From an uncultured Planctomycetota bacterium (GTDB lineage Bacteria; Planctomycetota; PLA2; JAEUHO01): a DNA stretch of 64,000 bases. The number at the start of each line of letters is the position of its first letter. Position 1 is the stretch's first letter. The notes beneath the pieces are model-generated. The model was not told the DNA's origin. It did no database searches and saw only the letters and a program-made list of their open reading frames with translations. The stretch lies in assembly GCA_963802335.1 (NCBI GenBank), contig CAWDIE010000004.1, positions 407,446 through 471,445 on the forward strand. Reading direction: 5' to 3'. Both the position numbers and the translations under genes were made by a program. Shown piece after piece: positions 10,278-20,081 of the stretch.

Positions 10278-12173
10278 ATGCGCTACATGGCCTCCGAATC
10301 CCAAGACGGCGCCCCTAGCGGCCATGGCGCGGCGCCGTTGGGCCGCGGCCGCGCCCTGCTCATCCAAGCGACGGTCTTCGCCTCGGGCGCCGCCGTGATG
10401 ATCGTCGAGATGACCGCCGTCCGCACGATGCAGCCCTTCTTCGGCTCCACGACGTACGTGTGGACGAACGTCATTGCCGTCGTCCTCGCCGCGTTGGCTG
10501 TCGGCTACGCGGTGGGCGGCCGACTCGCCGACCGCTTCCCGTCGCCACGGCTGCTCTACCTGCTGCTCGCCTCGGGGGGCGTGTTCGTCGCGCTGGCCGC
10601 CCTGCTCGCCACACCCGTGTCGCTGATCTTCCTGGAAGAGGGCGTCGACCTCGAAGGCGTGGTGTCCATCCTCCTCTGGGGGTCGCTCGGGGCGACGCTC
10701 CTTCTCTTCGCCCCCCCCATTCTGTTGCTCGGCACGATCACCCCGCTCGCGATCCGCCTGCTGGCGCGCCGCGGCGTGGGGCGTGCGGCCGGGTCGGTCT
10801 TCGCGCTATCCACGTTCGGGTCGATCCTGGGCACGTACCTTCCGACGCTCTGGCTGGTGCCGCGACTCGGCTCGCGGGGGTCCATCCTCGTTGCGGCGGG
10901 CATCCTGCTGAGCGCGGCCGCGGTGGGCCTCTTCGCGTTCGGGCGCAGGTCTTCCCGGGCGCTCGCCTGGCTGGTCTTCCTCGCAGCGGGCACGGCGAGC
11001 ATGGCCGCCGCGCGACACCTGGTGACGCCCGACCGCCCCGCGCCGCTTCTCGCGGACGGGAGCGCCACCCTGCTCGCGGAGGTGGAGTCCCCCTACCAGT
11101 ACCTGACCGTGCGCGACGATGAGGGCCCCCACGCCGCGGCCCGCGTGCTCACGATCAACGAGGGCGTCTACTCCTTCCATGCGCTCCGCGTGCGAGGCCG
11201 TGTCTTGACCGGCTCTCGCTTCTACGACGCCTATTCGGTCCTTCCCTTCCTCCTCGACCTCGAACCCGGCGACCCGCTTCGGGCATGCGTCGTGGGGCTC
11301 GCCTGTGGCGTGGGCGCTTCCCAGTGGCATCACTTCCTGACGCCTCTCTTCGATCTCCACGTGGTCGGCGCGGAGTTGGATCCGGAGGTCCTCCGCTTGG
11401 GCCGGCACTACTTCGACCTCCCGCCCGAGGGTTCCGACTGGCTGCGTAGCCTCGCGGTCGACGGCCGCTCCCACCTGGAGTGGACGATCCCCACGGACCC
11501 GTACCAGATCATCGTGGTCGATGCGTTCGCCAACGAGCTCTACGTTCCGTTTCACCTGGCGACGAGGGAGTTCTTCGACGTCTGCCGGCGCCGACTGACC
11601 GACGACGGCCTCCTGGCCATGAACGTGCACGCCTACGACCACACGGCGCCCAACCTCGAGGCGATCGAGAACACGATGGCGTCCGTCTTCACCCACGTCG
11701 TGCGCATCCCGCACTACGAGACCGGCGGTTTCCTGCTCCTGGCTCGCAAGGGCAGCGTGGGCGTGGATCCCGGGCGCCTCCGACGCGGCCCGCTCCTCCG
11801 TCGCTATCAAGGGTGGGATGGCTTCGACGCGTGGTGTGCCGAGGCGGAGTCTGGGGGCCTGATGGCCTTGGCGGACGACGTGGCCACGAGCGCTGCGGCG
11901 GGAGGACACGACGTGGTCTTTCGCCGCGATGCGCCCCTGCTCACGGATGACCACGCCCCCTTGGCGTGGATGACCGACCGTTTCCTCTGGGAGGCGGAAG
12001 AGGGCATGCTGCGCGCAGGCAACACGAGGGCCGGGGCCCTGCACGCGCTGCGAAGCCGGCAGACGGGGCTGCTGATGGTCATCCTCGCGGGCTGGGCCTT
12101 GCTTCTCGCGGGCCTCGTGCGCCTCGGCCGCACGCGACATCGGGCATCGCTCAGGGCGTGCGCGCGCGAATAG
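10278..12173 (+). CDS. fused polytopic membrane domain + spermidine synthase-like (aminopropyltransferase fold) protein
   Basis: The N-terminal half has ~7 TM helices. The C-terminal half carries YQYLTV, VVGLACGVGAS and IIVVDAFANELYVPFHLATREFF motifs. Confidence 0.7.
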   Translation: MRYMASESQDGAPSGHGAAPLGRGRALLIQATVFASGAAVMIVEMTAVRTMQPFFGSTTYVWTNVIAVVLAALAVGYAVGGRLADRFPSPRLLYLLLASGGVFVALAALLATPVSLIFLEEGVDLEGVVSILLWGSLGATLLLFAPPILLLGTITPLAIRLLARRGVGRAAGSVFALSTFGSILGTYLPTLWLVPRLGSRGSILVAAGILLSAAAVGLFAFGRRSSRALAWLVFLAAGTASMAAARHLVTPDRPAPLLADGSATLLAEVESPYQYLTVRDDEGPHAAARVLTINEGVYSFHALRVRGRVLTGSRFYDAYSVLPFLLDLEPGDPLRACVVGLACGVGASQWHHFLTPLFDLHVVGAELDPEVLRLGRHYFDLPPEGSDWLRSLAVDGRSHLEWTIPTDPYQIIVVDAFANELYVPFHLATREFFDVCRRRLTDDGLLAMNVHAYDHTAPNLEAIENTMASVFTHVVRIPHYETGGFLLLARKGSVGVDPGRLRRGPLLRRYQGWDGFDAWCAEAESGGLMALADDVATSAAAGGHDVVFRRDAPLLTDDHAPLAWMTDRFLWEAEEGMLRAGNTRAGALHALRSRQTGLLMVILAGWALLLAGLVRLGRTRHRASLRACARE

Positions 12174-13279
12174 CCGCTTGGAGGGAAGGGTCCTGCGCCT
12201 CGAGCGATCGGAGCAAGGCGAACTGGACGCGGGCGCGATCCAGGTTCTGCCGCGGTCGCGTGATCCGGAAGTAGCGGTCGCCTGCGAGGAAGTCCGTCAG
12301 GAACCGGAGGCCGACGACATAGGTCATCAGGCGCCCTGCGAACGGCAGGAGCTTCACACTCGCCTGGCGTGAGGAGGGCTCCCATCGACTCGAGGTAGCC
12401 GTCCGCCAGCGCCTCGAGGAAAACGGGATCGGCGTGAACGCGTCCGAGATCGCGCTCGTCCTCGGCCGTCCGGGCCGTGCACGTGCGCACCATGTCGCCG
12501 AAATCGTAGAGGCCGAGCCCGGGCATCACGGTGTCGAGGTCGATCACGCAGATCGCCTCGCCCGACGCCGTGTCGAACAGCACGTTGTTGATCTTCGTGT
12601 CGTTGTGGGTCACGCGCTCGGGGAGCTCGCCGGCGGCGTGGGCCTCGCGCAGGACGGTCGTCATCGACGCCCGCGAGATCGCGAACTCGATTTCGGGTTG
12701 CGCCGCCGCCGCGCGCCCCGCCGCGTCCGCCTCGACGGCCCCACGGAGGTCCCGCAGCCGCCGCGCGGCGTCGTGAAACGCCGGGAGGATCTCCGGCAGT
12801 CGCGGGGGGGGCAGATCGGCAAGGTCGCGCTGAAAGGCGCCGAAGGCCACCGCCGCGGCGCGAGCCATCGCTGCGGTCGTCGCCTGATCGACCGTACGCG
12901 TCTCCTCGATGAACGGGAAGGCCCGCCACCAGGTGCCGTCGGTCGGGCCTTGCCAGCACGCCTCCCCCTCCACCGTACGGAGCACCGTCAGGACGCGCCG
13001 CACCGGGTCGGGCTCGCCCCGCGCCGTGACCTTGGCGCGCAGGTGGGCCGTGACCCTCTCCATCGAGGCCATCAGCCGGGGCGGGTCCGGGAAGATCTCG
13101 TGGTTGAGACGCTGGACGAGCGTCCGCTGCAGCCCGGCGCGGCTCCTCGACGTCACGCGGTAGGAGTCGTGGATGAGGCCCGAGCCCCAGGGCTCCACCC
13201 GCCTCACGCCTCCGAGGTCGAACGCCTGGGCGACCGGGTCGATGGCGGCATGAGGCCCCGGGGGAAGCGAGTCGGTCAT
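12151..13279 (-). pseudogene. APH-fold kinase (NahK / aminoglycoside phosphotransferase-like), frame disrupted near 12360
   Basis: The ATG 13279 frame carries HNDTKINNVLFD and IDLDT kinase motifs up to ..LLTPGE. The family C-terminus (KLLPFAGRLMTYVVGLRFLTDFL) continues in the frame of ORF 12151..12357. Confidence 0.6.
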
Positions 13280-13383
13280 GGGCGGCGATTCTAGGTGGCC
13301 TCGCATCGAGCGGACCACGCCCCGACGACGGGATTTGCTTTCCCGCAGAACCTGCCGGTGACAAGCACGCCGGAGAGTGCCAC

Positions 13384-14457
13384 ATGGAGGCAAGAACCAT
13401 GATCCCCCGCTGTCCGTGCTGGACCCCGTTCGTAGGCGCCCTCGCCCTCGTCCTCCTTCTCTCGGGATGTCGATCGGCGCCCGTGGCTTCCCCGGGGGAC
13501 GCCCCGCCGACCCCCGCGCTCACGGCGCCGGCCGAGCTCACCCGCAACACGATCCCGGCGGAGCTGGCGAGGCCGGGGGCCTCCCACTGGGTGCGCACGA
13601 AGACCACCTACGATCGACCGGGCCTCTCGCGGCACGCGTGGACCGCCACCCAGGCGGCTGGCGGCGCGGCGCCGGCGGGGGGAGCCGGTGCCGGGGCCGG
13701 TGGTGGCAGCGGCGACCTCGCGGCGCAGTCCCAGAACCCGATCTCCAGCCTGATCTCCTTGCCGTTTCAGAACAACACGAGCTTCGGCATCGGCCCCTAC
13801 GACCGAACACTGAACGTCCTCAACATCCAACCGGTGATCCCCATCAGCATCGGGAAGTGGTCCCTGGTCAACCGGACCATCATCCCCATCATCACGCAAC
13901 CGGAGCTCAAGTCGGCCACGCAGAGTTGGACCGGTCTCGGCGACCTGAACCACACCACGTTCATCGTGCCGCCCGCCTTCGGGGACATCATGATCGGTGC
14001 CGGCCCGGTCATACTCTTTCCGACCGCCACCGACGAGAATCTCGGGCGCAGGCAGTGGGGCCTCGGCCCCTCCGCCGTGGTCGTTGCCACGAAGGGCAAG
14101 TTCGTCATGGGAGCCCTGGTCAACAACATCTGGTCGCTCGGCCGGGTGGGCACGCTCAACCCGGACATCGAAGGCCAGGTCCAGGAGGTCAACCAGTTCC
14201 TCGCTCAGTACTTCGTGAACTACAACCTGCCCCAAGGCTGGTACCTGGTCAGCGCGCCGATCATCACGGCCGACTGGAACCGCCCGGCGGACGACCGCTG
14301 GGTCGTGCCGTTCGGCGGGGGCCTCGGCAAGGTCTTCAAGATCGGGAAGCAACCCGTGAACGCGGGTATCCAGGGCTACTACAACGCGATCCGACCCGAC
14401 GGCAGCGCTCCGTGGACCCTGCGCGTGCAGCTCACGTTCCTGTTCCCCAAGGGCTAG
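13384..14457 (+). CDS. outer-membrane beta-barrel protein (MetA-pathway/transporter-like family), lipoprotein signal
   Basis: It has an LLLSGC lipobox. Alternating beta-strand patterns, a GLGDLN motif and a C-terminal TFLFPKG aromatic end are present. Confidence 0.55.
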   Translation: MEARTMIPRCPCWTPFVGALALVLLLSGCRSAPVASPGDAPPTPALTAPAELTRNTIPAELARPGASHWVRTKTTYDRPGLSRHAWTATQAAGGAAPAGGAGAGAGGGSGDLAAQSQNPISSLISLPFQNNTSFGIGPYDRTLNVLNIQPVIPISIGKWSLVNRTIIPIITQPELKSATQSWTGLGDLNHTTFIVPPAFGDIMIGAGPVILFPTATDENLGRRQWGLGPSAVVVATKGKFVMGALVNNIWSLGRVGTLNPDIEGQVQEVNQFLAQYFVNYNLPQGWYLVSAPIITADWNRPADDRWVVPFGGGLGKVFKIGKQPVNAGIQGYYNAIRPDGSAPWTLRVQLTFLFPKG

Positions 14458-14460
14458 ACG

Positions 14461-15726
14461 CTACCTCGGCGGCTTCGATTCGGACCCAGGCCGATCGACG
14501 GTCTCGTCGCCGAGACCCTCCAGGTCGGCGCCCAGTCGCTCCATGCGCTCATGCCACTTGCGGCGGGCGAGCGTTCGCATGTCGTCGATCTTGTCGACCT
14601 CGTCCACGATCTCGATACCGATCAGCGTCTCGACGACGTCCTCGAGCGTGACCACGCCGGCGAGGCTGCCGTAGTCGTCGAACACGACGAGCAGGTGCAC
14701 ACGCTCGTCGAGGAGCATGTCCGTGGTGGACACGAGCGACGCGCTCTCGCTCACCGCCCGCACGGCGCGACGCACCTCCTTCACGGGGGCCTCGCCGCGT
14801 CCCTGTAGCTCCGCCAACAGCAGGTCCACCTTGAGCACGAAGCCTGTGATGTCGTCCCGGGCCTTCGCGTAGATCGGGATACGGGAGAACGGCAGATCGG
14901 GATGCCGCTCGACGACCTCGCGGATCCGAAGATCCTCCTGGAGGGTGAACACGACCGTGCGCGGGGTCATGATGTCCTTGACCCGTAGCTTGTCGAATCG
15001 GAAGAGGTTGCGGAGGATCCGGCTCTCGCGCGCATCGAGCTGGCCGTGGTCCTCGCCGATCTGGGCCATCGCCGCGATTTCCGCCCGGCTGAGTGCGTGG
15101 ACCTCCTGGCCGCCCGTAATGAGACGCGTGAGCTTCTCGGAAACCCAGATCAGCGGGTAGAGGACCCAGGTGAGGAGCTGCGTGAACCACGCCGTGGGGA
15201 ATGCGAGTTGGCGCCAGTAGACGGCGCCGATCGTCTTCGGGACGATCTCGGAGAGGAACAGGATCAGCAGCGTCAACACCGCCATGGCCGCGCCGACGTA
15301 CTGATCGCCGAAGTAGAGGGCAGCCTCGGCTCCCGCCCCGCCGGCACCGACGGTGTGCGCGATCGTGTTGAGCGTGAGGATGCCGGCCAGCGAGCGATCG
15401 ATGTTCTTCTTCACCTTCTGGAGCATGCGCGCGGAGCGGTTCCCCTCCCGAGCCCGCGTGGCGAGGTAGGCCGGCGAGATGCTGAGCAGGACGGCTTCGG
15501 CGACGGAACAGAGGAACGAGAAGACAAGCGCCACGCCGGCGAAGAAGAGCATCCGGCTGAAGTTCTCGGACTGCCCTGTCGTGGCGGCCGGCAGGATCGG
15601 CGAGGCCACGCCCAGGACGACGAGCACGAAGGCGCCGAGGATACAAAGGGACACGAGCGATCGCCGAGCGTGCGGGTTCACGAGCCTCCGCGCGAATCCT
15701 ACCAGTTCGAGCGCCGGCGGCATCAC
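14461..15726 (-). CDS. CNNM/HlyC-CorC family transporter (DUF21 + CBS pair)
   Basis: The N-terminal DUF21 region has 4 TM helices, followed by a CBS pair (IMTPRTVVFTL...VVTLEDVVETLIGIEIVDE). Confidence 0.85.
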   Translation of the reverse strand: MMPPALELVGFARRLVNPHARRSLVSLCILGAFVLVVLGVASPILPAATTGQSENFSRMLFFAGVALVFSFLCSVAEAVLLSISPAYLATRAREGNRSARMLQKVKKNIDRSLAGILTLNTIAHTVGAGGAGAEAALYFGDQYVGAAMAVLTLLILFLSEIVPKTIGAVYWRQLAFPTAWFTQLLTWVLYPLIWVSEKLTRLITGGQEVHALSRAEIAAMAQIGEDHGQLDARESRILRNLFRFDKLRVKDIMTPRTVVFTLQEDLRIREVVERHPDLPFSRIPIYAKARDDITGFVLKVDLLLAELQGRGEAPVKEVRRAVRAVSESASLVSTTDMLLDERVHLLVVFDDYGSLAGVVTLEDVVETLIGIEIVDEVDKIDDMRTLARRKWHERMERLGADLEGLGDETVDRPGSESKPPR

Positions 15727-15753
15727 CTACCGGAGGCCTCGGCTGCGAACCGA

Positions 15754-16542
15754 TCAGACCGCAAAGTCGTCGAGCAGCTGCAGCATCTCGTCCTGGAGAC
15801 GACCGTTGGTGGACAGACACTGCGACGCATCGTGGCGGGGCATGCCCTTCCAGTCCGTGAACGTCCCTCCGGCCTCGGTCAGAAGCGGCAGCAGGGGAGC
15901 CGAATCCCAGATCGAGAGGGAGGGCTCGACGCAGACGTCTACCCGGCCCGTCGCCACGAGGGCGTGGGCGTACGCGTCGCCCCATCCTCGTTGGAGCCGC
16001 GAGGCCTTGCGGAGACGCTCGAAGGCCTCCGGGCAACCGGCGCGGTGAAAGCCCGAGACGCCGGTGTAGGTGAGACGGGCCTCGGCGAGACGGTCCACGG
16101 CCGACACCCGGCAGCGCCGACCGTTCCAGGTCGCCCCGTGTCCATGGGCGGCCCCGAGCATGTCCGACAGACCCGGGAAGTGGACGACGCCGACGCGCGA
16201 GACGCCCTCGACCTCGATGCCGATGAGCACGGCGTACAGCGGCACGCCGCAGATGAACGACTTGGTGCCGTCGATGGGGTCGAGGATCCAGCGCACCGAG
16301 GCCCCCTCAGGCCCCGTCACGCCGTACTCCTCCCCGAGAATCGCATGCCCCGGGAACCTCGACTCGATCCGGTCGCGCAGCAGTGCCTCCGTCTCGCGAT
16401 CGGCACGCGTGACGGGTGTGTCATCGCCCTTCCTCTCCACGTCGAAGGACGACTGGAAGTAGCGCAGCGTGAGGCGGCCGGCATCGAAGGCCGCGTCCAT
16501 GGCGAAGTCGAGGAGCTCGAGAAGGGGATCGCGCGTACTCAT
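15754..16542 (-). CDS. inositol monophosphatase family protein (HisN-like)
   Basis: IMPase motifs are present: ILGEEYG, WILDPIDGTKSF and WDSAPLLPLLTEAGG. Confidence 0.85.
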   Translation of the reverse strand: MSTRDPLLELLDFAMDAAFDAGRLTLRYFQSSFDVERKGDDTPVTRADRETEALLRDRIESRFPGHAILGEEYGVTGPEGASVRWILDPIDGTKSFICGVPLYAVLIGIEVEGVSRVGVVHFPGLSDMLGAAHGHGATWNGRRCRVSAVDRLAEARLTYTGVSGFHRAGCPEAFERLRKASRLQRGWGDAYAHALVATGRVDVCVEPSLSIWDSAPLLPLLTEAGGTFTDWKGMPRHDASQCLSTNGRLQDEMLQLLDDFAV

Positions 16543-16714
16543 GATCCGAGTCTACGCCTTGAGGAGCGGGGGGAGCGCGGCCGAGTTCCCGGACCGCAAC
16601 CTGGGGCTCGGCGGCGCCGGCCCGGCGGCTCGCGGCGCCGCGGGGAGACGTGTCGTACGATTCCTCGGCCGGCGGAGGGGCGCGACCGAGCGTCCAACGG
16701 GAAGGACGTACAGG

Positions 16715-17896
16715 GTGGACGCCATCAGATTCGCTCGCCCGCGACCCGACGTGCGGCGCGAAGAGTCCCGAATCGAAGCGACGACGGCGACGCCTGCCGG
16801 CACCATCGACATCTACGTCCGCGGCACGGGGGGGCCGTTTGCGACAAGCGCCGACGCGTGGATCGTCGCCGGCCTGATGCCAAGCCTGCGACGCGGCTGG
16901 GACGTCCACGTGTCCGGAGGACTCTCCAGGCGTCTCGCCGAGAACGTCGCGCGGATCCAGGAGTACTGCCACGCTCGCGACGAGCGGTTCGGCTCGGGAG
17001 CGGCGACGTTCGACGTGGCGCCTGCCGCGCCGTTGGCCACGGGGCGCGGTGTAGGCTGCTTCTTCTCAGGAGGCGTCGACTCCTTCTACAGCCTGCTCAA
17101 GCACGAGCTCGAAATCACGCATCTAATCTTCGTCCACGGCTTCGACATCCGCCTCGAGGATCGCGCCTTGTACGCACGGAGCCTCGATGGCGTGCGCCGT
17201 GTCTGCGCGGCGTTCGGGAAGTCCCTGATCGAGATCGAGACGAATCTCCGTTCCTTCTCCGACCCCCTCATCGATTGGGACGACTACCACGGGGCCGCCG
17301 GCGCGTTCGTCGCGCACCTGTTGTCGACCCACCTGCGGAAGGTCTTCTTCGCTTGCGGCATGACGTATGACGAGTGGAAGCCGTTCGGAACGAATCCATT
17401 TCTGTTGAGTCTGTGGAGCTCGGAGGCCATGGAGTTCGTCGGCGACGGCTACGAAGCGAGGCGCCTTCAGAAGATCGCGCGGGTGGCGGAGTCGACGGTG
17501 GCCATGGACGTCCTTCGCGTCTGCTGGGAGAACCCCGAGGGAGCGTACAACTGTGGGCGCTGCGAGAAGTGCCTCCGCACGATGGTCGGACTGCGTATGG
17601 CGGGCATGCTCGAACGATGCTCCGCCTTCGACCGCACGCTGAATCTCGACGCGCTCGCCCGCCGACCCTACGTGTTCGCCAATCCCGTTGTGCGCCGATG
17701 CTGGACCGAGATCCAGGCGGAACTCAATCGACGCGGGAACGACCCGGAGTTGGGGCATGCCGTGGCGGCGTTCCTGGCCCAGGACGGTGGGGACGAGCCA
17801 GGAAGCAGTAGGGGGTCCGCTACCGCCCCCGGGAAGCCTGTTTGGCAGCGAGTGCGCTGGCGAGGACGCACGCGCCGGGGCCCGGGCGCACTCTGA
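16715..17896 (+). CDS. PP-loop ATP pyrophosphatase superfamily protein (QueC-like Cys cluster)
   Basis: FFSGGVDSFY is a PP-loop (SGGxDS) and NCGRCEKCLRT is a CxxCxxC cluster. The start is uncertain; GTG 16715 follows GGAAGGA. The ORF runs from 16469. Confidence 0.55.
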   Translation: MDAIRFARPRPDVRREESRIEATTATPAGTIDIYVRGTGGPFATSADAWIVAGLMPSLRRGWDVHVSGGLSRRLAENVARIQEYCHARDERFGSGAATFDVAPAAPLATGRGVGCFFSGGVDSFYSLLKHELEITHLIFVHGFDIRLEDRALYARSLDGVRRVCAAFGKSLIEIETNLRSFSDPLIDWDDYHGAAGAFVAHLLSTHLRKVFFACGMTYDEWKPFGTNPFLLSLWSSEAMEFVGDGYEARRLQKIARVAESTVAMDVLRVCWENPEGAYNCGRCEKCLRTMVGLRMAGMLERCSAFDRTLNLDALARRPYVFANPVVRRCWTEIQAELNRRGNDPELGHAVAAFLAQDGGDEPGSSRGSATAPGKPVWQRVRWRGRTRRGPGAL

Positions 17897-17959
17897 CGGC
17901 GAGGGTCGCGGTGGCGCGGGCGTGACCGTTCCCCGTCGTCGTGCGTGACCGCGTTGCAC

Positions 17960-17995
17960 CGTGGAAGCGTGAATATTTGCACTGACTCGGTACGG
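17960..17995 (-). repeat. 36-nt repeat, copy 1 (partner at 23241-23276)
   Basis: The reverse complement, CCGTACCGAGTCAGTGCAAATATTCACGCTTCCACG, matches 32/36 with the copy at 23241. It ends 3 nt after the yeiH-like stop codon. Confidence 0.6.
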
Positions 17996-17998
17996 ACA

Positions 17999-19042
17999 TC
18001 AGAGGAAGCGGATCAGGGTGTAGCTCGCGATCGCCAGGGCGCATGCGGTGGCGAGTCCCACGAGGAAGGGTCGCCAGCCGGTGCGGGACAGATCCGTCAG
18101 GCGCGTTCCCAGGCCGACCCCCGCGAGGGCGACGAGGATCAGGACCCGCGAACACGCCCCGAACAGGGCCACGACGTCATGCCCCGCCCACGCAGACAGC
18201 CGGTCGAACACGCCGGCCGTGTTGAGCAGTGCCATCGCGAGAAACCCCAGCACGAAGAGGGGTATCGAACGCGCGACGCGTTTGCGCAGGGGAACGTCCG
18301 ATCGCCCCAACGCCCCACCGTACGCCAGGCCCATGCCGACGATCACCACCCCCATCAGGGCGTTGCGCGTGAGCTTGACGGTCGTCGCGATGTCCCCGGC
18401 GGCCTCGCTGTAGGCAAACCCCGTGGCGACGACTTGGGACGTGTCGTTGACGGCCGTGCCCGCCCAGGTGCCGAAGAACACATCGTCCAGTCCGAGCGCA
18501 TGGCCCATCAGGGGATAGGCGAACACGGCGATGGTGCCGAACACGGTGTTCGTCGCGATCGCGTAGCTCATGTCCTCGTCCCGCGCACCGATGACCGGCG
18601 CCACCGCCGTGATGGCGCTGTTGCCGCATACGGCCGCCCCCACACCGATCAGGCTCGCCAGCCGCCGCGAGACCCCGGCCCAGCGCCCGAGGCCGTGGGC
18701 CACCAGGAGCGCGAGCGCCATGAGCAAGACGATGATGACGAGGGCCCGTCCACCGATGGCCAGGACCTGATCGAAGGCGAAGCGGGCGCCGAGGAGCACG
18801 ATGGCGATGCGAAGCACCGCCTGGTAGGCGAAGCGTACCCCCGGCTGGAACCAGGCGCCCAAGCGCACGCTGTTGCCGATCAACAGCCCGAAACCGACGG
18901 CGAGGATCACCTCGCCCACGAGGCCGGCCGCACGCGGCGGGAGAAGGCCATGCGCGACCCGGGCCGCGGCGGCCACGCCAATGGCCAGGAGCAGGCCGGG
19001 GAGGATCCGGGGCGTGCGGGATGCCTTGCCTCGCTCGGTCAC
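17999..19042 (-). CDS. yeiH: YeiH/UPF0324 family putative sulfate exporter-type membrane protein
   Basis: This ~347-aa polytopic membrane protein has the typical family N-terminus (LPGLLLAIGVAAAA..) and glycine-rich helices. Confidence 0.7.
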   Translation of the reverse strand: MTERGKASRTPRILPGLLLAIGVAAAARVAHGLLPPRAAGLVGEVILAVGFGLLIGNSVRLGAWFQPGVRFAYQAVLRIAIVLLGARFAFDQVLAIGGRALVIIVLLMALALLVAHGLGRWAGVSRRLASLIGVGAAVCGNSAITAVAPVIGARDEDMSYAIATNTVFGTIAVFAYPLMGHALGLDDVFFGTWAGTAVNDTSQVVATGFAYSEAAGDIATTVKLTRNALMGVVIVGMGLAYGGALGRSDVPLRKRVARSIPLFVLGFLAMALLNTAGVFDRLSAWAGHDVVALFGACSRVLILVALAGVGLGTRLTDLSRTGWRPFLVGLATACALAIASYTLIRFL

Positions 19043-19066
19043 GCGGTCTCCTTGCCTCGCGCGGGC

Positions 19067-19828
19067 TCACGATAGCCGGCGTCGCCGCGACCGGGCGCTT
19101 CGCAGGAAGCGCGCCCCGAGCAGGACGAACGCCAGCAGCCCCGCGGGCAGGAGGAGAAGTACCAGCGTGTGCTCGCTCCACGCCATCGGTCGGCCGCGCA
19201 CCCAGCCGTTGAGCAGCGGAACACCGAGGGTGATTCCGAGGTAGAAGGCCAGGGGGATCAGCCAACCGACCGGACGCGGCCTGCGGTCTCGTGCCGACGC
19301 GCCGGGTCGCAGCACGAACACGGCGTAGAGCAGGCAGAGGCCGAGGAAGTACACGACGACGCCGACGATGCGATGCGCGCCGTCGCCCGACAGGACGGGA
19401 GACACTCCCTCCAGATGCGCCAACGCCATCGCGATGGCGATACGGAGGGCGTTGGCCACCACGGTCGCCACGTAGGCGATGGCCCCGGCACCGAGCATGG
19501 CGCGCACGGGCGCCCACGGAGACGTCGCCTTCCACACGCCCGCCAGGGCCAGCATAGAAAAGGCGACGATCAGGAAGTTCACGCCGGCGCAGCTCTTCGT
19601 CACGGCGAAGGGCTCGTTGTGGGCGATGTACCCGACGCCCTCGGCGGCTTCGAAACCGACCCCCGTCAAGGCCGAGACGACGCGCACGGTCGGCGCGAGG
19701 ATCCACCGGAGCGCCTCGGGAGCGGCCTCGCTGAAATGGAGCTTGAGCACGAACGCTACAGCGAGGGTCGCCCCGACGGCGCCGAGGCGGATCCAGGCAG
19801 GTGTACGGTGGCTCTCTTCCCGCGTCAT
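19067..19828 (-). CDS. exosortase/archaeosortase family protein
   Basis: Start at ATG 19828. It is a polytopic membrane protein with the conserved Cys (TKSCAGVNF), Arg (NALRIAI) and His (GAHRIVG) triad pattern. Confidence 0.6.
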   Translation of the reverse strand: MTREESHRTPAWIRLGAVGATLAVAFVLKLHFSEAAPEALRWILAPTVRVVSALTGVGFEAAEGVGYIAHNEPFAVTKSCAGVNFLIVAFSMLALAGVWKATSPWAPVRAMLGAGAIAYVATVVANALRIAIAMALAHLEGVSPVLSGDGAHRIVGVVVYFLGLCLLYAVFVLRPGASARDRRPRPVGWLIPLAFYLGITLGVPLLNGWVRGRPMAWSEHTLVLLLLPAGLLAFVLLGARFLRSARSRRRRLS

Positions 19829-20081
19829 CGGCCCACACACGTCGCCATGCCGCTGCCACCCCGTCGTCGGAGGACCGTCGGCGCGCACGAGACGAACGCG
19901 GAACTACGAGCGGCCCGGATCACGTACTCACCTCCCGGCGCGGGAAGGCCCCATTCTCGCACGCTGGTGCGGCGCCGCGACCGTGCCCCGGACCACCCCC
20001 TGGCGTTGCCGCGCCACCGGCACGGCAGTGGCCGCGTGGTACCTTCGATTCGTCGGTTCGGACACGGACGGGAGGTGGCGC

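Noticed and set aside
15046-17370. 774-aa plus-strand ORF spanning the CNNM, IMPase and PP-loop loci
   Set aside because: It runs antisense through two well-supported minus-strand genes and out of frame with the PP-loop gene. Its content is R/G/E/D-rich and low-complexity.
19479-20081. N-terminal extension of the HEAT-repeat ORF (starting at 19479), and a similar extension of 53151..54518
   Set aside because: The extensions are R/P/A-rich and overlap the exosortase gene on the other strand or intergenic DNA. Internal ATGs with good RBS and signal or anchor sequences give the plausible starts (20082 and 54083).
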